64,000 nt of DNA from a virus. Of this stretch, positions 58,303 through 64,000 are shown piece after piece. A program made the translations under genes and the position numbers. The DNA is taken from positions 2,561 to 66,560 of IMG/VR virus record IMGVR_UViG_3300027816_000098; one strand, written 5' to 3'. How positions within the stretch are numbered: the first letter of the stretch is position 1; every line of letters starts with the position of its first letter. The notes beneath the pieces were generated by a model, which was given only the letters and a program-made list of their open reading frames with translations, had not been told where the DNA came from and made no database searches.

Positions 58303-58917
58303 TTATTTTTTATAACCATAAATTGAAATAGACCCACTCATTGTATTTGCAGCACCGTACATTGTTATTCCATCATAAGATGTTGATAAAGTATGAGTAA
58401 TTCCTGATTCCGATAACCAAAGTTGAGTTGTATCTGCTAAGAGTTTTGCTGTATACCGAGAAAAACCATAAGTTTGAGATGCAGCAAAAGGATTAACAAG
58501 TTCAATTTCAAATAATTCATTACCAGCACTTGCTGTGTAATTTAAATCCCAATTTGTTAACGCTGCTCTAGTTCCATATAGTGTTGTACTAGCACCACGA
58601 ATATTTTGAACACCATAGTTTGATCCAGTTGCGTCACTTCCTCCTGTACGAAGTCTAAAATACGCACCTTCGTTTGCACTCCAGTTTATATTTGTTAAAA
58701 TTCTATATCTATCGTAATTAGCACTAAATATGTTATTTAAAGAAATTGATGAAGCAGTTGCAAAAGTTATTGTACCACTTGTTGATATTGAAGATGTGGC
58801 ACTTCCTCCAACAACTGATATAGAACTTGGAACAATGCTAACTAAGCCTAATTCACTATCTGTAGCCAAGGCGGTACTCGAAGATAAAACCTTTGATATA
58901 TCTCTACTTCTAGCCAT
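58303..58917 (-). CDS. Virion surface protein (MxRxRD tag + YG-terminal domain)
   Basis: MARSRDISK...SIYGYKK; paralog of 62807..63403. Confidence 0.75.
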   Translation of the reverse strand: MARSRDISKVLSSSTALATDSELGLVSIVPSSISVVGGSATSSISTSGTITFATASSISLNNIFSANYDRYRILTNINWSANEGAYFRLRTGGSDATGSNYGVQNIRGASTTLYGTRAALTNWDLNYTASAGNELFEIELVNPFAASQTYGFSRYTAKLLADTTQLWLSESGITHTLSTSYDGITMYGAANTMSGSISIYGYKK

Positions 58918-58935
58918 TATATTTTATATACCCCC

Positions 58936-60189
58936 TTAGTTCCTGTATCCATAAATTCCAACTGTGCCAGTAAAATTACCTGCACTATTACCAAAAGTAA
59001 TTCCTGTTAAAGAAGTAGTTTGATTATATCCACCTACAACTGTAAATAATGATGGAGAAGTACCTGATAAATCTCTACCACTTTGACTTACAATTCTTGT
59101 GTAATCTGTTGCGAAAGGTTTGAATACATCCATAGATATAGCAACTGCTCCAACTGCTTGATATAGTAATTCAAAAGATGATTGACCTGATGCTCTACCA
59201 CCAGTTAAAGTTGTAGAACTTGCTAAAATATTTTGAAACAAATAATTACTTGCAGTAACATTACCACTTCCATTTCGAAATTGAACTGTAATGTTTTGAG
59301 TGCCACTTGTAACGCATTCAAAAATAATTCGATAATTGTTGTAATTTGTATTAAAGACACCATCTATTGAAACACTAGAAGCACTTGTAAAAGAAACTGC
59401 TCCAGTAGAAGAAACGGACCCACTACCACCAGTTACAGCGATAGAAGTTGGAACTAACTGAACTAATCCACCAGCAGCCACAGGAGCGTAAGTAGTAGAG
59501 GCACTACTTTGACTTAAATATGTGCTACTAGCACTAGTTTTAGTTAAAAATTGATCATCAGTTTGTGCAATAGTATAAGTATTAGGAACTCTAAAATTCT
59601 TTAAGGTATGAATTTGAATAATATCATTTGTAACTACCGCCTCATCTAGGGTTACAGCAGAACCACTAGTGGCAACATATTCTTCGGGTGCTAATAAAAT
59701 TCCATTTACATATACTTTTTCTAATCCAGCAGTATAATCTAAAGTAACTGCATTATCATCTAAGCCAGATATAACTGTGCCAGAGGCACTTACAGTTTTA
59801 GTCCATCTTTCAAATGTATTAGCAACTTTATTATCTATTTGTGCTTGTGTATATGTATTACCTACATTTATATTATTATAGGCTATTACTTCTACTATAT
59901 ACCCCGCTGTTAGGGCTGTAAGACCTGTGATTGTGGTTCCTGTAGTTGCTGTGTAGTCTGAGTCTCTTGCTAATAGAACACCATTAAGATATACCTGCTC
60001 ATATCCAGGGGTATAAATTAAAGATTCTCCATTATCATCATTACCAGACAAAGATGTTTCTGATCCTACTGCTGTATATTGCCAGCGGGTAGAATTAACT
60101 AAATTTCCAGCGGTATTTAAAGGTACCCATTCTGTACCATTATAAGCATATAAGGCTTTACCATTTGTTAATATTTGTGCTGATGCCAT
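58936..60189 (-). CDS. Virion surface protein (two YTxG..VYxNG repeats + YG-terminal domain)
   Basis: YTPGYEQVYLNGVLL / YTAGLEKVYVNGILL; ends GIYGYRN. Confidence 0.75.
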   Translation of the reverse strand: MASAQILTNGKALYAYNGTEWVPLNTAGNLVNSTRWQYTAVGSETSLSGNDDNGESLIYTPGYEQVYLNGVLLARDSDYTATTGTTITGLTALTAGYIVEVIAYNNINVGNTYTQAQIDNKVANTFERWTKTVSASGTVISGLDDNAVTLDYTAGLEKVYVNGILLAPEEYVATSGSAVTLDEAVVTNDIIQIHTLKNFRVPNTYTIAQTDDQFLTKTSASSTYLSQSSASTTYAPVAAGGLVQLVPTSIAVTGGSGSVSSTGAVSFTSASSVSIDGVFNTNYNNYRIIFECVTSGTQNITVQFRNGSGNVTASNYLFQNILASSTTLTGGRASGQSSFELLYQAVGAVAISMDVFKPFATDYTRIVSQSGRDLSGTSPSLFTVVGGYNQTTSLTGITFGNSAGNFTGTVGIYGYRN

Positions 60190-60212
60190 ATTTTAATTAT
60201 ACCTTCTCCTTG

Positions 60213-61145
60213 TTATGTTAAATACCTAATTATTACTATTCCGCTACCGCCTGCTGCTCCACCATTCTTTCCTCCACCACCGCCACCACCAGTATTTGTT
60301 TGTCCTGGATTTCCAGCACCACCGTTATTTTGTGTATAGTTACCACCGCCACCAAGTCCACCATTTCCTGTTGTAGGACCTTCTCCAGATCCACCTCCAC
60401 CACCACCTGCGTAATATGTTGGAGTTCCACTTATAGAAACTTGTGTACCATTTCCTCCGTGACCTCCTGAGTTACCAGCAGTTCCTGATGCTCCAGCACC
60501 ACCTCCACCACCACCTCTATAGTTAACACCGTTTCCACCATTATTTCCTTGTCCAGCAGTTCCTGCACCACCATTTGATGTATCTCCACCACCACCTCCA
60601 CCAGATCCACCACCGTTACCTCCTACGTTATAGTAGTTACCTCCATATCCACCACCTAAAGATGTTATAGTAGAAAAAACTGAATTTGATCCATTATTTG
60701 ATCCAGATGCACCTCCAGATCCTACTGTAACAGTATGAGATCCTGCACTTACTGACATTGTAGAATTTCTTAATCCGCCTGCACCACCACCACCACCTCT
60801 ATCTCCAGCACCACCAGCACCTCCACCAGCAACAACTAAATATTCAACATCTAAAGAAACATTTGCTAAGAAAATACCACTTGATAAAAATGTATGAATA
60901 GTATAAGCACCAGATGTAGTTATATCTCCACCAGTTGCTTTTTGTTGAGTAAGTTTAGGAATTCTAAAAGATGATGATCCAAATATTTGCATCACTGGTG
61001 CAGAAGCACTTGAAGTATCAATCCACAATCTTCCATTAGTATTTGATGAACTAGGAGAAGCAGAAGAAATAACTATTCTAGAATCTAAATCAGAAATACT
61101 TGCAGCGGTAGTAAAAATTTTACTCACATCTCTTGCTCTAGTCAT
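60213..61145 (-). CDS. Glycine-rich virion protein with MxRxRD tag
   Basis: MTRARDVSK; IHTF..VEYLVVAGGG...GSGIVIIRY. Confidence 0.8.
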   Translation of the reverse strand: MTRARDVSKIFTTAASISDLDSRIVISSASPSSSNTNGRLWIDTSSASAPVMQIFGSSSFRIPKLTQQKATGGDITTSGAYTIHTFLSSGIFLANVSLDVEYLVVAGGGAGGAGDRGGGGGAGGLRNSTMSVSAGSHTVTVGSGGASGSNNGSNSVFSTITSLGGGYGGNYYNVGGNGGGSGGGGGGDTSNGGAGTAGQGNNGGNGVNYRGGGGGGAGASGTAGNSGGHGGNGTQVSISGTPTYYAGGGGGGSGEGPTTGNGGLGGGGNYTQNNGGAGNPGQTNTGGGGGGGKNGGAAGGSGIVIIRYLT

Positions 61146-61152
61146 ATTATAA

Positions 61153-61332
61153 TTATACCTCCCCAGGAATATATTCTTCTGCTATATTTCCTTCTTCTAC
61201 CCATTTTAAATACTCTTTATAATCCATATTATTTTCATCCGTTGGTATATTAGATTCCGAACCATCTTCATTAAACCTTTTAATAAAAAGACTACCTGAA
61301 ACAATTCCTCTATATGTTTTATACATTGTCAT
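61153..61332 (-). CDS. Small fibre-assembly-like protein
   Basis: IPTDENNMDYKEYLKWVEEGN motif; likely start MTMYK at 61332 (track 61374). Confidence 0.65.
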   Translation of the reverse strand: MTMYKTYRGIVSGSLFIKRFNEDGSESNIPTDENNMDYKEYLKWVEEGNIAEEYIPGEV

Positions 61333-61333
61333 T

Positions 61334-62518
61334 TTATAACTCCGCCGATAACCATAAATAAGATCCAGCACCATTTGTGCGATTAAATGTTGCTCGCCCA
61401 GCAGTTGATGCTGCAGTTATTGCTGCAATATCTATTCCATTTATATTTGAAGCATCAGTGTTTATAGAACTAGAAACTCTTTGAACTTGTCCAACTCCAT
61501 CAAAACTTTTAATAGCGGTTCCACTAGATGCTGTTAAAGTTGGTGCTGATCTCATTGGAATCTTAAAATGTAGAGTTCCAAGACTTTCAGTTGCACTCCA
61601 ATAGTGACCAGAATATAGTGCTTTATTATCGTCTTTCCATACTTGTAAATATCTCATACATTCTAATAAATCTTGTGCGTAAGGTTTATATTCAAAGGGT
61701 GTTGCTGTTGATCCAATTTCTAATTGAATACCAGTAACTTGCCAATAGTTGTTTACTGCTGAAGCAACGTTTATTTGACCAACTGCTTCAGTTCCAGGAG
61801 CATTAGAAGCCCACGTTGAATTTAATGTACCAGACTGATAATTGCTTCCAGCACCCAACCAATGATACAATCTTAATCCAGCCGCTGAAGTATTGGCTAT
61901 AACTCCAGATGTACCTGCACTAAAAGTAAGAGTTTTCTTTTCCCATGTATTAATGGCATTTACTGTATAAGTTCTTGCTATCGATGTACCATATGGAGGG
62001 AATCCAATGCTATTATTTTCATCTAAGAGACTACAAACATAAGTTCCTGTTACGTTTGATTTAACCCAAAAAGAAACAGTTAGTGGTTGTGCTTGAGGGG
62101 TTCCCTTTTTTACTCCTTGAAGATTTTGTCCTTCAATTACTTGATAAAATATTAATGCTGCCGAAGAACCAGGACTTGCTTGTGCTGTTGTACAAAGCAT
62201 TTTTAATGACTTGCTCAACCCAGAACCAGTTGGTCCATCATTTTCAATTGATTGTGTCCATGTACCAAAGTTTTGAGCACCAGCAAAACTTAATGCCCAT
62301 CTGTCTGCTGTTTTATATAAAGATGTAGTTATAGACGAAAGAGAAGTAGCACGTTGTGCAACCTGCATAGCACCATTAATAATTAAATTTCTATTTGGAG
62401 GACCTTGATATATTACAGATGCACTTGCTTGTGGTAAAAAGGTAGAACTAGCAGACGCAAGCGTCAAAAGCGAGGTATTCGCAGTTAAAATCTTACTTAC
62501 ATCTCTAGTTCTACCCAT
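61334..62518 (-). CDS. Virion protein with carbohydrate-binding-like domain and MxRxRD tag
   Basis: MGRTRDVSK; NRNLIINGAMQVAQR...TGIQLEIG..ATPFE...CMRY; ends SAEL. Confidence 0.8.
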   Translation of the reverse strand: MGRTRDVSKILTANTSLLTLASASSTFLPQASASVIYQGPPNRNLIINGAMQVAQRATSLSSITTSLYKTADRWALSFAGAQNFGTWTQSIENDGPTGSGLSKSLKMLCTTAQASPGSSAALIFYQVIEGQNLQGVKKGTPQAQPLTVSFWVKSNVTGTYVCSLLDENNSIGFPPYGTSIARTYTVNAINTWEKKTLTFSAGTSGVIANTSAAGLRLYHWLGAGSNYQSGTLNSTWASNAPGTEAVGQINVASAVNNYWQVTGIQLEIGSTATPFEYKPYAQDLLECMRYLQVWKDDNKALYSGHYWSATESLGTLHFKIPMRSAPTLTASSGTAIKSFDGVGQVQRVSSSINTDASNINGIDIAAITAASTAGRATFNRTNGAGSYLWLSAEL

Positions 62519-62565
62519 GATAATCTCCTTTAATTATACTTTAATTCTATTTATACCGTGGCAAA

Positions 62566-62790
62566 TTAAGACAGAACTGTTGCTAGTTCTTCTTCAGTTA
62601 AGCCAAGTCTTTCTAGAATTGCTGCTTTTGCTACAGCCTTTTCTGCTGCTGCTGCTTCTCTTGCTTCTTGTTCTGCTTGCATTGCTGCACGATCAGCCAA
62701 GAATGCTTCAAGTTCAGCACCTTCTAACACTCTAACAACTGTTTCTCCAGTTGCTGCGTTAGTTTCAGATACTCTGATTTCTTCTGACAT
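62566..62790 (-). CDS. Small coiled-coil fibre-associated protein
   Basis: NAATGE...AKAAILERLGLTEEE motif; GGAGG RBS. Confidence 0.7.
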   Translation of the reverse strand: MSEEIRVSETNAATGETVVRVLEGAELEAFLADRAAMQAEQEAREAAAAEKAVAKAAILERLGLTEEELATVLS

Positions 62791-62806
62791 AATTTACCTC
62801 CTTTTC

Positions 62807-63403
62807 CTAATTTCTATATCCATAAATACGAACTGTTCCAGTAATAGTTCCGCCTGTTGCAAAAATTGTAAACCCATCATAGGCAGTTGAAACAGAATGG
62901 TCAGCACCAATAACATTTGAGACAACCGATTGTTGAATTCCAAAACCTGAAATTGAAGTAGGTGCTGCTTTAGCAATATCATAAAAATTTAAGTTTAATG
63001 TTAAACTATTAGAAGTAAGTAAATTCATAAAATTCCACTCAGTGCCATTTAATGTACCTTGGCGACCTGGACCTGAGCCAGTTCCAGTAGTAACATTCAT
63101 TTCACTATAATTTCCACCTGTAACATCTGTTCCATTAGCACGAACCCTTGCTCTTAAAGCACCAGTAGCAGTTGAAGTAAATTTGTAGATAAGTTGATAG
63201 TTATCATAAGTGGATGTAAAACAACCATTAAGACTTATTGCTGAAGCACTTGTAAAAGATACTGCACCAGTTGAAGATATGGATCCACTACCACTAGTAA
63301 CACTTACAGAAGTCGGGGTAATTAAAGAAAGTCCTAACTCTGAATCCAAAGCAATATTAGTACTACTAGATAGTACATTTGCTATATCTCTTGCTCTACC
63401 CAT
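62807..63403 (-). CDS. Virion surface protein (MxRxRD tag + YG-terminal domain)
   Basis: MGRARDIAN...RIYGYRN. Confidence 0.75.
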   Translation of the reverse strand: MGRARDIANVLSSSTNIALDSELGLSLITPTSVSVTSGSGSISSTGAVSFTSASAISLNGCFTSTYDNYQLIYKFTSTATGALRARVRANGTDVTGGNYSEMNVTTGTGSGPGRQGTLNGTEWNFMNLLTSNSLTLNLNFYDIAKAAPTSISGFGIQQSVVSNVIGADHSVSTAYDGFTIFATGGTITGTVRIYGYRN

Positions 63404-63415
63404 TTATATACCCCC

Positions 63416-63922
63416 TTAATTCCTAATTCCATAAATTTTTACATAACCAGATATTGTACCAGCACTAATTATTAAACTAAAACCATCGTAAGAAGTTGAT
63501 AAAGTATGTTCAACAGCAGCCTGATGATTATATCCACTGTCACTTGTAAAAAGATTAATGTATCCTAAAGTTGTTGCAGCACTAAATGGTCTAAATAAAT
63601 CAACTATCACTGGAGCATTACCTGAATTTAACCCAAAGTTAAACCAGTTAGTAGTTAATGCTTGATTTAGATTACCAGCACCCGTTCCACTGTAATATCC
63701 TTTTAAATTGTAGTTAGATCCTGAAGAGTCTGTACCAGATGCTCTTAATCTCATTGTAAATTGACTAGTTGTAGAACTGGTTGCTAAAATCATAATTTTA
63801 TAATTTTCATATGATGAAGAAAAACAGTTATTAATATTTATTGATGATTGAGATGTAAAAGAAGTAGTATTAACTAAAACTAATGTTCCTGCACCCTTAG
63901 ATGCTTCTCTTGGTCTAGCCAT
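63416..63922 (-). CDS. Virion surface protein (MxRxRE tag + YG-terminal domain)
   Basis: MARPREASK...KIYGIRN. Confidence 0.75.
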   Translation of the reverse strand: MARPREASKGAGTLVLVNTTSFTSQSSININNCFSSSYENYKIMILATSSTTSQFTMRLRASGTDSSGSNYNLKGYYSGTGAGNLNQALTTNWFNFGLNSGNAPVIVDLFRPFSAATTLGYINLFTSDSGYNHQAAVEHTLSTSYDGFSLIISAGTISGYVKIYGIRN

Positions 63923-63944
63923 AATTTATTTTATACCCTCCATT

Positions 63945-64000
63945 TTATACATCATTCCTTAGTCCGTATACTTTAACTGTACCAGTTACTGTACCGCCTG
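63945..64000 (-). CDS. C-terminal end of another YG-terminal family protein (partial)
   Basis: ...GGTVTGTVKVYGLRNDV-stop. Confidence 0.65.
   Translation of the reverse strand, partial: GGTVTGTVKVYGLRNDV

Noticed and set aside
1-64000. Alternative genetic code or tRNA genes
   Set aside because: Standard-code ORFs tile the window with TAA, TAG and TGA all used as stops, and no cloverleaf-like sequence was noticed in the short intergenic gaps.

Overview
A 64-kb segment of a large, low-GC (roughly one-third G+C by eye) tailed dsDNA phage with siphovirus-type morphogenesis genes, almost all on the - strand. From left to right it carries: a recombination/replication module (RuvC-like and Hjc-like nucleases, Cas4-like exonuclease, RecA, DnaE polymerase, gp32-like SSB, primase, DnaB helicase); a tail module (beta-helix tailspike, baseplate/minor tail genes, 2038-aa tape measure, -1 frameshifted tail chaperone, major tail); head genes (connectors, major capsid, protease/scaffold, portal); a class II RNR; a small + strand island with a candidate origin and a secreted lytic transglycosylase; a glycosyltransferase; a holin-like gene; and about 18 kb of paralogous, modular virion-surface genes. 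Gene order resembles large actinophages of the Streptomyces BE/BK type, and many leaderless promoters also suggest an actinobacterial host (inference). No terminase, tRNA, CRISPR array or integrase was seen. The strongest unexplained signals are: (1) the 5' end of the major-tail mRNA is complementary to a structured GC-rich stretch just upstream of the major-capsid RBS; (2) a Ser-Ala-Ser motif is strongly enriched in exposed virion proteins, next to a phage glycosyltransferase; (3) a repeated peptide-tag plus adaptor arrangement in the fibre array, including two unannotated micro-ORFs.
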